From Ruditapes philippinarum (taxonomy: Eukaryota), in assembly GCF_026571515.1 (NCBI RefSeq), contig NW_026859498.1, positions 1 to 64,000 on the forward strand: DNA of 64,000 nucleotides, read 5' to 3'. Below are positions 12,001 to 25,000 of this stretch, in pieces. Below the pieces are notes generated by a model, which saw nothing but the letters and a program-made list of their open reading frames with translations, made no database searches and was not told where the DNA came from. The first letter of the stretch is position 1. Each line of letters opens with the position of its first letter. A program made the translations under genes and the position numbers.

Positions 12001-14869
12001 CGTCGCCCTAATTCCATAATGATGTAAGTCGTATTTTTACCATTTTGAGAAAATCGACTTCAAAGTTTTAACAGGCTATATCTTCACACTTACTCAACCA
12101 ATTTTAATATAAAATACATCATAGTGTGCAGAATTATTTTAACTTTTACACTTTTAATTACGAAGAAGTTCCTGTAGATAGTTTTTTAAAAAATCAAAAT
12201 AAAAGAAATGAAAAATCACTGAAAAATATATTTTATTGACAAAAATACAAGAACCAGAATGCTGTAATAAGTTACAGCAATGTGACCCTAAAATATCATT
12301 ACATTTAGGAGTTACAACAGTGTGAAATAATGACTATTTTACTGTTTTATACTGAAATTATATTAAATTTAGACGTAACTAGAAATTGAATGCTTTAACG
12401 AATAGTCTGGATCCACATTTATTTAGGCACCACAGAGCATGTAATGTGATCAGGATCAAAACAGTAAATTTAGTCTTAAAAGTCAATAATAGAAATCCAG
12501 ACAATGCGGTGAAGTGTGAATAGCCACGAACAGGCATTTTAAGGTTGAAATTGAACTCGGGCTTCATTATCTTATGACCATTTACATGAAATAGTGAGCC
12601 TTGCAAATGAACAAAAAAATAAAATATTACTGATTTTGTAAATGTATCACATTGAGTTAAACAAAACGAAATCAAAATTTAGAAACATCGTCATTGTATT
12701 GATATTTACCACATTAAATAGCAAAACTTTTATCATATGATATGCTATTTTCACATTAACACTGTACACTATAAAATATTTGGAATTCAGATTTACTTTT
12801 GGTTTCGTTTATTATATCATTAATTCATTCCAAATTCAATTTTGAATACCTGTTACTTGCATACAAACAGCATGTTAAACACAATTTGACTTACAAAACA
12901 CACAAAAATGTTTGTAAGATGTAACTGCTTCAACTTTGAAAAACAACATCAACAATGAGTTCCTTTCTCTGTCACATGAAAAAGAATAAACCTATGTATT
13001 TTACTTTTCTAAGAACAGCATTACTTAATGTTTTGTTTAAAAAAAAAAGTGAAAAATATGAAACACAACTCAAAGCTCACAAATTTTCAAAGATGCTACA
13101 GATCTGGATATGGTGTTTCAATGAACTACTGTACTTCAATTACTACATGTATTTATATATCAAGTGGCATACAACTTCTTTACATACAATAACAATTAAG
13201 TATACGTTTGCTTTTAATGTTTTTAACTGAACTGTTTACATCAATAACTCATTCGTATAAAAGCAATGCTCAATATCTAAGAGTTTCAGTCAAATATTAA
13301 TTCTATTTTACTTCAACAAACGTTTGATGAAACAAATATGACAATTTAAAGATTCCTTAATGTTTTATATGGTCTTAAGACTTTGTAACATTTTTTCACA
13401 AAATCATTTTTTCTACGTTTCAATCGAATGACAATTTTTAACTAAGCATATTTTTTTTTCTTTTTAAAAAATAGTTTTGGTAATGGATAATTTTCAGTTC
13501 AAAGGTTCAAATCACTTGATAATTAATTACAGGTAGTATTACCATACGAGTTGGAAGTAGATGTACAAGAGTTATTTTTAACTAAGATTAATTTTGCTTT
13601 GCATGTTTCAATTACATAAGAAATTTTAGCATAAAATTGAAAATGATTATGTTGACAAAAAGGTATAGACTGACACCCTGTTGATTTATGCAAAATAGCT
13701 GAGTAGGTCAACAGGGTGGCATTCTGTTTAATAAGTATTTGTTGTGCAAATGACGTCTCTTATTCAACGCTAAATGGTGCATCTGTGACAACTCGGTCTC
13801 AGCTTTTAAACTTTTGTTATAGGGATATTATCAACTTTAACCCACCATATAGGCTTGACGTTTGGACGTACTGTTTTAAGAACACAAACGAGTGATGTAG
13901 GACTGAACACTTCTGCCATTTTAAAAGTGTTTTGTCTTTCTTTCTATATGACAGTGGGTATTGTTAACCACTCTGGATTGCATAATGCCTTGGACAGCAA
14001 AACTTTTGAAATTTTTGTGATCGTTATACATGTATGAAAGTGCAGAATTTTGAAATTATGAAAATTATGAAATTATGAATTATGAAATAAACATGATTAA
14101 CCTAATTTAACATCAGTTATGCGTAGTAAAGTTATATGTGTAAATTTTATTCGAATCACTTAGCACCAGTACGGTAATTTGTCTTATATAGTTAAAGAAA
14201 AACATTGTACAAAATGTAACAATGGCAGTAGTATGTTTCTATTTGATGAGTTTTGTTTGTAAGTTAAAAGTATAAACAATCTTATGCAAAACCTGATTGT
14301 CCGTATTTAATGGTAAGATTGATCAATCAATCATATAATCAATCACATATCAAGTTATTAACAGCTTATACTTGTGAATATTGAAAGTTTGTATCAATTT
14401 ATCCGATTTCCATGCTATCCGAATTTCATAACACAGCATGGTGCTTTGAATTTAGCTCAAGGGTTAAGATTAGTTATTATTTCTTTTTAAGGTTTGAAAC
14501 AGTTCAATAAAATATTAATCTATAGATAATTAGATAACATCTAAAGCAAAACACTTACATGTTATCAAGAAATATAAAACGTAAAATGTCATTCCTGATA
14601 CCTTGAAAAATCTGCCATTTTGTCAAAACAGCATCACGTGACTAGAATCTTAACAAACTATTGGTTCAGAAGTTACGATATTCTGGACTGTATTTTTATC
14701 ACAATTTTTGGACTTACAGCACTCTGACCCATTCAATATATTGTTACAGGCAAGAACCAGAGTGATGTTGTTCTTACCATTAGACAGAGAAAAAAATTAC
14801 GAACATTTTGATACCAAACACTCATTTTTTTCAAAATTGGAGTTACGACACTCTGGAATTAGGGCGACG
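12001..14869. mobile_element. Non-autonomous TIR DNA transposon with 4-bp TSD (Sola-like)
   Basis: TIR CGTCGCCCTAATTCCA / TGGAATTAGGGCGACG. TSD CAAT at 11997-12000 and 14870-14873. Superfamily inferred from TSD length only. Confidence 0.75.
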
Positions 14870-15212
14870 CAATGTTTATCCTACTATAGTAGTAAAAAGT
14901 TAGCATAGTGTTACTTTGAGATATTTCAATGTTTATACTAGTAAAATGTGAGCATAGTGTCACTTTTAGATACTTTAATACTTATACTAGTAAAAAGTGA
15001 GCATAATGTCTATAATTGTAAAAAGAGAGCATAGAGTCACTTTGAGATACCCAAATGTTTATACTAGTAAAAATTTAGCATAAGGTCACTTAAATTAAGG
15101 AACTTTAATGTTTATACAATCAAACTTCATAATATGTTTATTCTTTCTTAGCTGATTAATCTGATGTCGGTATTTCAACTCGTATTTCGTAAAAACTTTT
15201 ATTTGCGTGATA

Positions 15213-16236
15213 CGAGGGGTGTTCGGAAAGTTTAAGGACTTTTGATGTAGTTTGATAAATAATAGGAATTGAAAAACACCATAAAATATTTAATTCTTTT
15301 ACAGCCAGCTGTAAAAATTACAATGAAATGCATTAAACAATAAGTGAATTACAAATAAAACAAAACATACACCGAAGCATACCCGGAGCACGCTAACGTC
15401 ACGTCAGTGCTAAATATGTTAACGTTAGATTTCCACGATCATCATATCGACTCACTTCTCGACGTAATCTCCATTAACAGCAATACATTTTGTATGCCTC
15501 TTGACCCATTTGTCGTACGTGTCCTCGTACCAGATGTTGTCGAATGACGAAACTATTCTCTGGGTTTCAATTTGTAATTCCAACCCCGAATCAAAGCGTC
15601 GATCACGCAGCTGTGCTTTGATTTCCAGAAAAACTCGGAAATCCATCGGCGCGAGGTCCGGCCATCCTCTATTGACTCTCTTCCGTTTCGGAACATGTCA
15701 TGCAGTCTAAATACTAGCGATCTACAGCATTTCTTTGTTGTACTAGATACTTGAATCATTTTATACGTCTCCGTTGGTGTTTTTTCTATTCCTATACAAA
15801 ACTTGATGATTTCCCTGACTTTAACGTCTCCTATTGACGTCATTTTTCTCTTGATTTGTGTAAGCACCAGTGATGTTAAAACCGTTGTTTTTCAAACAAT
15901 TGTAACGATTTACGAGTAGAATTTTCAGGAAATGACGTTGACCTTGTATTTAACCCTCTTGCTTTTTCGTGACGTTATCCATTTAAATTTAAGAAAATTA
16001 TTATCAATTAAATATATCGGTACCATTATCTTAAATACGATAAAATCGGAGAGCTCCGAGTATGCATTATGCGGTTCCTATAGAAACAAATTTCGAGCGG
16101 TATTTGTCTATTCTTGGTAAGCGTTATACTACATATTGAGCACATATTTAAATTACATTTTGTGAAATATGGAGAAAAACGCATCATTAAGGAAAAAAAT
16201 ACCGCAAAAGTCCTTAAACTTCCCGAACACCCCTCG
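15213..16236 (-). mobile_element. Internally deleted mariner (Tc1/mariner) element
   Basis: TA TSDs. ~32-bp TIR CGAGGGGTGTTCGG(A/G)AAGTTTAAGGACTTTTG. Carries transposase N- and C-terminal fragments. Confidence 0.9.
15452..15867 (-). pseudogene. Mariner transposase remnant (N-terminal HTH joined out of frame to the C-terminal tail; DDD core deleted)
   Basis: REIIKFCIGIEKTPTETYKMI...MFRNGRESIED (HTH region) and DKWVKRHTKCIAVNGDYVEK* (typical mariner C-terminus). Confidence 0.85.
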
Positions 16237-17154
16237 TAGTACTTGTTATACATGTCTATAGTTTCCAAATATCAATTTAGCTTTTTATTACCTAAAAAAT
16301 ATTTTGTATCCAATCATGATATCATCTCGAGTCATCTAATTTCTAGTTTTTGGAAGTTATGCTTGGGCGAGCCAATTATGTGTCATTGACCGATCCGAAA
16401 TAAAATATAAAAAAGTAACTATAGCGTTAATAGTTGTTTAACACCTCAAAGTAAGTGAACACGAAATTGATCACGAAATTGATTGTGTTCTTATGATCAG
16501 TCAAAATTATTTTATGCGTACAGACAAATTTTAATGCAAGGATCTCTCGATCCTGTGAATAACTGTGAACATGCCGAGAGAATACATTGAAAATCTCCTT
16601 CGTTGTATACATATGAAGGAACCGTCTGTATAATACTAATGCGAGCACTTTTTGATAGCAAAAACGTATTCCATAGTTTTCACTTAAAAGACGTTTACAA
16701 TGGGGAATTACTGAAAAAAGATTAAACTATTATGTTATGTAGTCAATTCCTTATATTAGCTTTTTTCTGTAAAGGTAAGAAAAATGACATTAAATTTAGA
16801 ATATCAATAGGCAGTTAGTGCTCATATAGAAAATCATTGGTTTCAACGCAATGAAAACGAATTGATTTGGCGATCCAGTCCTTTATAAGTTTCAAAATCG
16901 TTTCTTCTCGCATTTAATTTACCGGTATTTGTACTATCTGGTATACTATACTGATTTATGTCCTTTTTACGATGAAACTTAAAAACTTCGGGTATTTGCT
17001 TTCTGCTCTATTTATACCATTGAAAACAATCTTATAAATAATGGAATGGTCGTTCACCTTTTATACATAGTGAACTTTTAAACATAAACCTTCATACAAC
17101 TTCATACAAGATTTCGTGGAGAAAACAAAAAGAAAATCAAACTTTCCAGTTGAG

Positions 17155-17330
17155 ATATAGAGGATATTTGTTTGTTTTGTGTAAGATGAAATTTTATTTC
17201 ATCGAGTGGGCTTTAAAAACAGTATTCTCACGAGTGGCGTAGCCACAAGTGAGAATACTGTTTTTAAAGTTCACGAGATGAAATAAAATTACATCTTACA
17301 CAACAAACAGACAAATTTTCTTTTTATTTT
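17155..17330 (+). mobile_element. Crypton-like element end with ~150-bp imperfect palindrome
   Basis: ATATAGAGGATA followed by arms TTTGTTTG...CACGAGTGGC / GCCACAAGTG...CAGACAAA centred near 17240. Confidence 0.55.
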
Positions 17331-17758
17331 ATGCTTTAAAACAAGTTAAAACGAAATTTCCATAATTTTAACGTCAATATTAAAATCTGTTTCCCCTATT
17401 GAGAGCCCCATTTAGAGGGAATTTCTCATTAAAAACAAGAAGTTTTGAGCTGAAAAATAAGTCCGCCAATCAAGTATAAATGACGGTGATATTTATTCAT
17501 TTTATTAAAAAAATATGAATGATCGCTTGTTTTAATAATAAAAACAAACAATTCTTGTAGAAGAAAAGTCCAACCATCCATCCATATTTCTGTTACTTAC
17601 TGCGAATTTATATTAGACCTGGCTTTGTAAAATGTAAGCGGCAGCCATTTTTTAAAGTTGTGTATTTTATGGGAGGAAAATAATTGTGTAAGATTTAGAA
17701 GGATATGATTTGGATTTGTTAGTCATACACCTTTGTAAAAGAAAGAAAACTTATTTGA

Positions 17759-17881
17759 GGCTTTCAAAACTGGTGCTAACTCTAATACGGCTTTCAAAAC
17801 TGGTGTTAACTCTAAAATGGCTTTCAAAACTGGTGTTAACTCTAATACGGCTTTCAAAGCTGGTGTTAACTCTAATACGGC
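17759..17881. repeat. 30-bp minisatellite x4
   Basis: GGCTTTCAAAACTGGTGTTAACTCTAATAC repeated. Explains ORFs 17710-18063 and 17723-17926. Confidence 0.85.
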
Positions 17882-19296
17882 ACATAAGAGTTGTAACAAA
17901 TTGTTGTTATCAACAGACTCATTCAAATAGAATCTTTAGTTTTGACCTTTACATTTCATGTTCCTCATTATTCTCGGTGCATCTTCCTTTTTCGGTTTTT
18001 ATTCTCTCAACTGCGGGCGCTAAATGTTGCGTACATTGTAAAGTTGCCAAGTCTTTCATCTAAATATATTTTCTAGTACTTCGGAATAAAAAAAAAACTT
18101 ATACAAAGTACTTGTGTAAGTTTTTTTTTATTCCAAAGTACTAAACATAACGCGTTATCTCAAATTCATTTGGTATATTTATATAGAAATTATATTTATT
18201 CATCACAGTTAACTTTTAAATTTTCTTTTTAATAGATTTTGGAAAATACCCATGCGCAGAGATTGGTGCTTCATAATGGTATTTTAAACGCAGAGATCAG
18301 TTTCACCTGGAACGTTCATCTTGCCATACTATATTATCTCTGGATTTCAAAGATATAGAGGGTGAACATATTTCTGAAGCGTTTGAATGGTTCCATATTA
18401 CTGGATACAAATTCTGCACTTCTTGTATGTTGTTTTAGGGCGTTAAAGTAATCTTTCATTTTTAAAATAAATGACAACAATTTACTTAAAACTCCATGCT
18501 TCTAGACGAGCCAAAAAATTTAATAAATTCCAACTTGAGGAAAATGCACCGAGAATTTAGGAAAAATAAAAGGATTCATGATTTAAGTAGTAATTTATGT
18601 TATATGCGGTTTATGGCAGAATTTTTAGTATTTATATTTCTACTGCGTTACTATAGCACTAACGGCTATTCTTGCAAATTATAACCTCTTTATGGCAATC
18701 TATGTGGGTTTTAAGTGACATTGATAATGTGTAAATTGCTTCCTTTCCGGTTCTTTCACAATATTAAATTTTAAATACGTTTTCAAAATTTTCATGAAAA
18801 TTAGTATGAATCTAGAGGCATGCTGCTTTAAATATGAATCACATAAATCAGTACAATGTTTTCGTGACTGAAACTGAACTTCAACATATTCTTCGTTTGA
18901 AAATAAAGAAACTTTTTCTTGTACGTGCATAGTAATAAGGATACATAAAACTTTTGTCAGGTCAGCAAATTCCATTTGACAGGGTAAGATGGAAAAACTG
19001 CAATCACAGTAACTACAATAACAAATTATTTAACGAATTCATTTCATTTTATTCAATCGATAACTTTCTTACAACAATTAAAATATCTAAAACATTTTTT
19101 TCATTTAATAAATACATTTTAGCAAGACTGAACTTTTAAGCCTATAATTGTTCATGGAATTGACTTGAAGTAATTGGTATAATTGGTACATTTTTCAATT
19201 CCAAAGAATATTGAAATGTTTATATAAAATGGAACAACAGATATTAATTATTTATCAAGCTTCTTTTAAAAATCCAAACAAACCCACCATTATACC

Positions 19297-19769
19297 GAGT
19301 GTAGGACAAAAGCCCTCCAGGACAAAAACCCTCCTTTCCAAAAATGACAAGGCGGACAAAAGCCCTCCTGTGAAAATGGCAGTGCGGACAAAAGCCCTCC
19401 TGCGTAAAAGTGACTGGGCAGACAAAAGCCCTCCTTCATCAAATACATGTATGAATGTTGAATAATTTGTATTTTCTTTTCAATGCATTTAACATATTAA
19501 AACTGTAATCATGAAATTTTTGTTTCCATTTATATGAGCATGCATCTGAATAATAAATGCTAAAATCTGTAAGTGGTCAATATAAAGGGATTACTCCTAT
19601 TTGAAATTCAAAGATTAATAAATGCTGAAAAAAAGTTTAAAATAACAAAAAGTTACTTTCACGGGAGGGCTTTTGTAGGCCCTGTCATTTTTGGATGGGA
19701 GGGCTTTTGTCCGCCTTGTCATTTTTGGATGGGAGGGCTTTTGTCCGGTAGAGCTTTTGTCCATTTCCC
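19297..19769. mobile_element. MULE-derived MITE
   Basis: Arms of repeated GGACAAAAGCCCTCC / GGAGGGCTTTTGTCC. 9-bp TSD CATTATACC (19288-96) vs CATTACACC (19770-78), one mismatch. Confidence 0.75.
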
Positions 19770-19999
19770 CATTACACCTTTTAACTACATGTATATTTCA
19801 AGTGTATAAAAGCTATATATTTGCTGCCTTTAGTTTACAAAATTACTGTTTGAATATTGAAAACAGACAATTTAAACTTATATTTTAGTAATAAGAGTGT
19901 ATACTTCCATCAGAGTGAAAGGTGCATGCTTGAAATCAATGCTAAAAGGTTCTAAACCCTCCTTTAAATAGCAGCATAATGCTTTTTTGCAGAACACTT

Positions 20000-20212
20000 G
20001 AGCCGCGTCACGACAAAACCAATGTAATGCGTTTGCGACCAGCATGGATCCAGGCTGATCAGAATCCATGCTGTTCGCTTACAAACCCTATTACAAGTAA
20101 AGAAACTGATAGCGAACAGCATAGATCCTGATCAGACTGCGCGAATGCGCAGGCTGGTCTGGATCCATGCTGGTTGCAAACCCATTATGTTGGTTTTGTC
20201 ATGACGCGGCTC
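20000..20212. mobile_element. GAGCCGCG-ended MITE, copy 1 (slightly deleted)
   Basis: TIR GAGCCGCGTCACGACAAAACCAA. Flanks ACTT/ATTT. Same family as 28070 and 58660. Confidence 0.85.
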
Positions 20213-21174
20213 ATTTTGTCTTTCTGTTAACATACAATATCTATGTGTGTAAAGTAACAGAGACATTTTTGTTATCACTCTTTCAAAAATCTTCAACTGT
20301 ATCTTATTGTTAATACAATTTATATGAAATATCATTTTTGAAATGGCATACCCTTAAACAAACTGTTAGCCCCATTTTCCCTGTGTAGAAAATCTGTTTT
20401 ATTAGGAAACTTTCCAGATTATAATAAATTGTCTTTCATAAATGGCAAGTTTAAAATTCCACATATGATTTCATGTCAAGATTTTTAATAGATTTAAAGC
20501 AGGGTCTTAATAATCAGTGAGAGATCTGTCATTCTGTTGTACTTAAATATGTTGGTTTGTTTTTGTAATAAATTTGAAATCTATTCTTTGTACATTTTTG
20601 TTATGTGAGAGAATATATGTTCCACTGTTATGTTATTTAAGAAAAATACCAATGTAGTGAACCAAACTGTCATTCCATTATGCAACATTATTTTTTTTTT
20701 GACACCCCCCCCCCCTCCATTTTTTTATAGATTTTTTTTCCATGTTTTTGTCATGTGACATCTCCACTGTCACTGTTATGTCATTTGAGAAATGCAACAA
20801 CGGCAGCTTGTATGTTCCCAAGGGCCTGATATCCGTGAGAATATAGCATCTGAAGAACTGAGAGTAAAGTTTAAAAATCTCTCATTCTGTTATACCACAA
20901 TATGTTTCATAGTCATCACCTTAAACTCTGCCAGACATGCCTGTACCATTGTTCCCTACAAGAAAAGATTTAAATATCAAATTTTTAATAAACAAAGATA
21001 GCAGATAATCTTTTTTCATGTACAAGACTTCACGGGACTCAAGAGAGGGTTGTTTTTCTTTTACATGGCGGGACGGATATTATTCAACAGTAAATATTAG
21101 CTCTAAAAGCAGATTGACTGTATCAGGTAAGACTTTCATTCAAGATGCTTTTATATCAAATATCTTTTATTTTC

Positions 21175-21640
21175 TAGGTTTAATGTCACACCAACACAGT
21201 AAAGTTGATATAGTGATGGAAGACCTCAAGAGCCCTTCCTTGCCATTTTTCAGGCACAAATGGGCAACCCGTAGAACCATTTACATTCAAATTCTTAAAG
21301 CTAGCTGGATAGCTATCTCACATTTTGTTTGTTTGTTTGTTTCATTTTACGCCTTTTCCCAACAGTATTTCAGTCATATAGGCGGGTAGTTTCCTAACCA
21401 TCGTTCCTGGAGAGTTACACCAGTACTAGACTACCTTCCTCTGTGCTAAACTATCCAAGCATCTCCCGGGGATCAAACCCACAGCAGAGAGGTAATTTGA
21501 TTAGAAATCAACGCATCTAACCACTCAACCACTGAGGCTCTCTCACATGAAAGAATTGGAAGACCCTTGCATGGGTCAAACCTACAGCAGTGAGGCACAA
21601 GTGGTTTGAATTCAATGACCTTAACAACTAGGCCATGGCC
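21175..21640 (-). mobile_element. tRNA-derived SINE (same family as 58055-58336) with a second SINE nested at 21324-21540
   Basis: Outer copy aligns in reverse to 58055-58336. Inner SINE has a (CAAA)n tail and is flanked by TSD TCTCACAT (21316-23, 21541-48). Its 3' part matches 40300-40420. Confidence 0.75.
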
Positions 21641-21915
21641 AACTAAATATCTAAGATAATTGGGTCAATAAATAAAAGCTAAAATATCTAAATAAGGGGC
21701 AAAATTTATATTGGAAGATTCTTACACGGCTTTGAATATGGGAACACTGCAAATAACGTAATTCTTGACCAGAAGATTCTTTAAAACTTTCAAATGATTC
21801 AGAGTTTCTTTTTAATATATGTTACCTTTTGACACAATGAATTTCATATGACTAGTAAACAGATTTAGTTATATAATTATACAATATACCTTGATTGTGA
21901 AAACTGCTAACTGGT

Positions 21916-21966
21916 TTATTTTGCTTTCACTTTTTCTTCTTTCCTTTTTTCTGCTTTTTCTTTAGC
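21916..21966 (-). CDS. UCHL5: UCHL5 exon 11 (last coding exon, KEKE-like tail)
   Basis: [16 protein letters not shown]; AAG acceptor. Confidence 0.88.
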   Translation of the reverse strand, partial: AKEKAEKRKEEKVKAK

Positions 21967-21968
21967 CT

Positions 21969-22000
<32 letters not shown>

Positions 22001-25000
22001 TATCCATATTTAAAGTAAAGAATATTATGAATGATATATCCGTATGACACAACACATAATACATATGTTCACTAACAAATGATCTGAATGATCAGGATCA
22101 AATGATGCGGATTTTAATTTTAATGTTCTACAAAACTAAAATTGATCATATTTTCCATCAATTAAGTGGCATATAGATAAAATTTGCTGATTTGCACAGG
22201 AACAAGCCTTTTACTGGATGATACCAACAAATAACAAAACAAATACAATATTATAATCTAACAAAACATTCCTCCCTGTTACACCAGTACTAACCCCTTT
22301 TTATGAATAATTTCCAACATCAAAAAGTCTTTAAAAAATAATGGTACTGCATTTTTCAACTTAAATTTTTTTTCTAATAAATTAAAATACCTTCTCGACT
22401 AGTGGTAGCAACTGCCCCTTTTCTGACAATATCTTCAACAATTCCATTATGAAAGGGAGGTAATTGTGTTTTCTACGGATATTTTCTATCTGAAAATAAA
22501 AAACTCATCAAGTAAGCAAACTTGCCATTGAAAATTTAATAACAATAATAGAATTTTTCATTAAATGAAAAATGCCTGTCATACAAGGGTTGTCCTGAAA
22601 GTTCGCATAAAAGTTCTACTATGAAAAATATAACACGCTATATGCCTATTTGAGATCTAAGCATGTGTATTTAGTATCAAATATCTATTTGTTAAGAAAC
22701 TAAACATGTTAACATTTAAACAAATATAATTTAATGCTAGGAGCTAAAGACCATATTTATACAAATATATCGAGTAAAAGTCATCTTAATTTAGTAAATT
22801 TAAAAATATAACAGTAAAACAGTACATTATTTATATACCTTAAATAAAAAGACTTTATTTTCCTCTGGATGTCAAATACATAGCACACGTTATACATTAT
22901 CAAAGATTAAACCCCCCCCCCCCTGTTTTTGTTTAAATCACGGACCTTAAATACATAATAATATAAATTTGTGTTTAAATTTAAAACCATGTGATGGAAC
23001 TACTTTCAATCCACATTAAAACCATGTGATGGAACTACTTTCAATCCACATTAAAACCATGTGATGGAACTACTTTCAATCCACATTAAGTCCGAAGTTA
23101 TGATAATAGAAGAGATGTTGCGATTGATATGTGTCACTTTAAATTTTCTATCACTATTCTCCCTATTAAGCTAAAAGGGTGTGAACAAAGGATAGAAATG
23201 TTATATAAACATGACATACCTTATATTTTTTCATCTTTCTCTCCTCATCAGCAACTAACATCTGTAACTGACTTATCTGTGACTTTACTAAATCTGTCTC
23301 CATACCGCCTGTCTGTTAAATACAACAATATAAAATATACTACTTTGTTTACATTTTGCTACTTTTATGACAAAGCATTAAACATTTTATGGTCGTAATG
23401 CACTTCACTTTTCAATGAGATGAATAACTTTGTGATATTGCATGGTCAAGATAATACCATTAATGCAATAGTTGAATCATTTTCCTTGTGAAAAAAAGGC
23501 GAGTAACTCTTGAAATACTGTTTTTTTTGTTATGTCCCTTGTGAAGTTGTTCTACATATGTGTCTTGTCCCAAGAAGCAAGAAGCCCAAGTTATTAAAAT
23601 ATTTATTTGTTAAATTTATGGTCATTTAGCACAATAAAAATGATTCCGGAAAATAATGGGAACAAACGAATTATCTAAAATTAAGCGCACATACTTTTGG
23701 TATAGACCTTCATCGATTGGTATAAAATGCTCGAAAAAAAAAAATTATCGTCTGGTCATGTGGAGTCCTTAAAAACTAGCATGGTGAAGTATGACAGCCA
23801 TTATTACATAGAGGATAAGTGAAATATGAACTTTTGGTGTTCACGAGGTGAAATATATTTCAATCTTACACTAAACTATACAAATTTTCTTTTTATTATA
23901 TGCAAAATAACGTTTAAAAAGACGTTTTAACCTAATGCTAAATGAAAGGTGCGCCAACCATTTACGACATCACGTTATTAAGTTGGTACCCAGTACTGTG
24001 CATGCTGGCATTTCACTGAAACGACGTAACGGGCTTAAATTCAAAACAGTGAATATCATCAATTTGATAATTTCACTGTTTCAAACAGAGAAATAACAGT
24101 TTTTTATTTCACTAATATATTTCTATAAACCACCGAAAAGCATGTAATAAAAGATAATGGCTTCCACCTGTGGCCTTTCATATCTAGTTAGATGTTTACA
24201 CTGGCTTTCAGAACAGATCAGAATATCTTTCTTGAGGCAAACAATTTACAGCCTTGAGGTTTCTGCTGAAGAATTTCAAAAGAGCTAGATATTCCCCACT
24301 GTGATGGCAGTCAAATGCTTCATTCATTTTCTTGCCAATTTTTTTATTTAACTTATATTTTCTTATGGCACCATATATATGAAATAGAACTAAATTCATA
24401 ATGGGGAAATGACAACATCTTAAGCATGTAACTCATTCATAAAATTGCGCCAGGAAAGAGTCATTTAAATAAAAGCAAGGCACTTGTCTTACAGTCTTTC
24501 CAGCATGGGTATAAACTGAAGTAAATCCTGTCTGATATGTAAGTATAGGAAAATTCTAACAGAAAACATACCTCTGTTTGAGCAAATAATTCTTGTAATC
24601 TCTTTTCATAACATGCTTTTCTATCAGAAACTAAAGCCATGAGGTTAAAATGGATTTCACCAGCACTGTACCTGAAAGTAACAAAAAGAAAAAATCTCCT
24701 TTTTTTGCTTTGATTTTTTGATTTTATGAAGGACAAATATGTCAACTTTTCAGTTTTACTGGGAATTATTTGTTTGTTGGTTTAATAACCGTCCATCATC
24801 TTTTGGAAAAAGTAAAATCTACCAAACTTTGGCAGATTGACATAAAAATGCGTCACAACAGCTATTTGTCAAATTTCTTAAACATGCTTCTTGATAAAGA
24901 ATGGCCCTTAACTATACTGCCATGAAATCATGGCTTGTTACTGCAATAAGGATCAAACCACAGTTCATGTAGGAGTATATTGTTAATATCATCTTCATTC

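Larger units (their letters stand above)
8885..15115. repeat. 49-bp minisatellite split into three blocks (8885-8999, 11876-12000, 14870-15115) by two 2.9-kb insertions
   Basis: Unit GAGCATAGTGTTACTTTAAGATACTTTAATGTTTATACTAGTAAAAAGT resumes in register after each insertion. Confidence 0.85.

Noticed and set aside
17710-18063. 117-aa ORF with LSKLVLTLIR repeats
   Set aside because: Translation of a 30-bp minisatellite.
18620-18740. Conserved non-coding element shared with ~26800-26915
   Set aside because: Diverged same-strand similarity is more simply two fragments of an old dispersed repeat.
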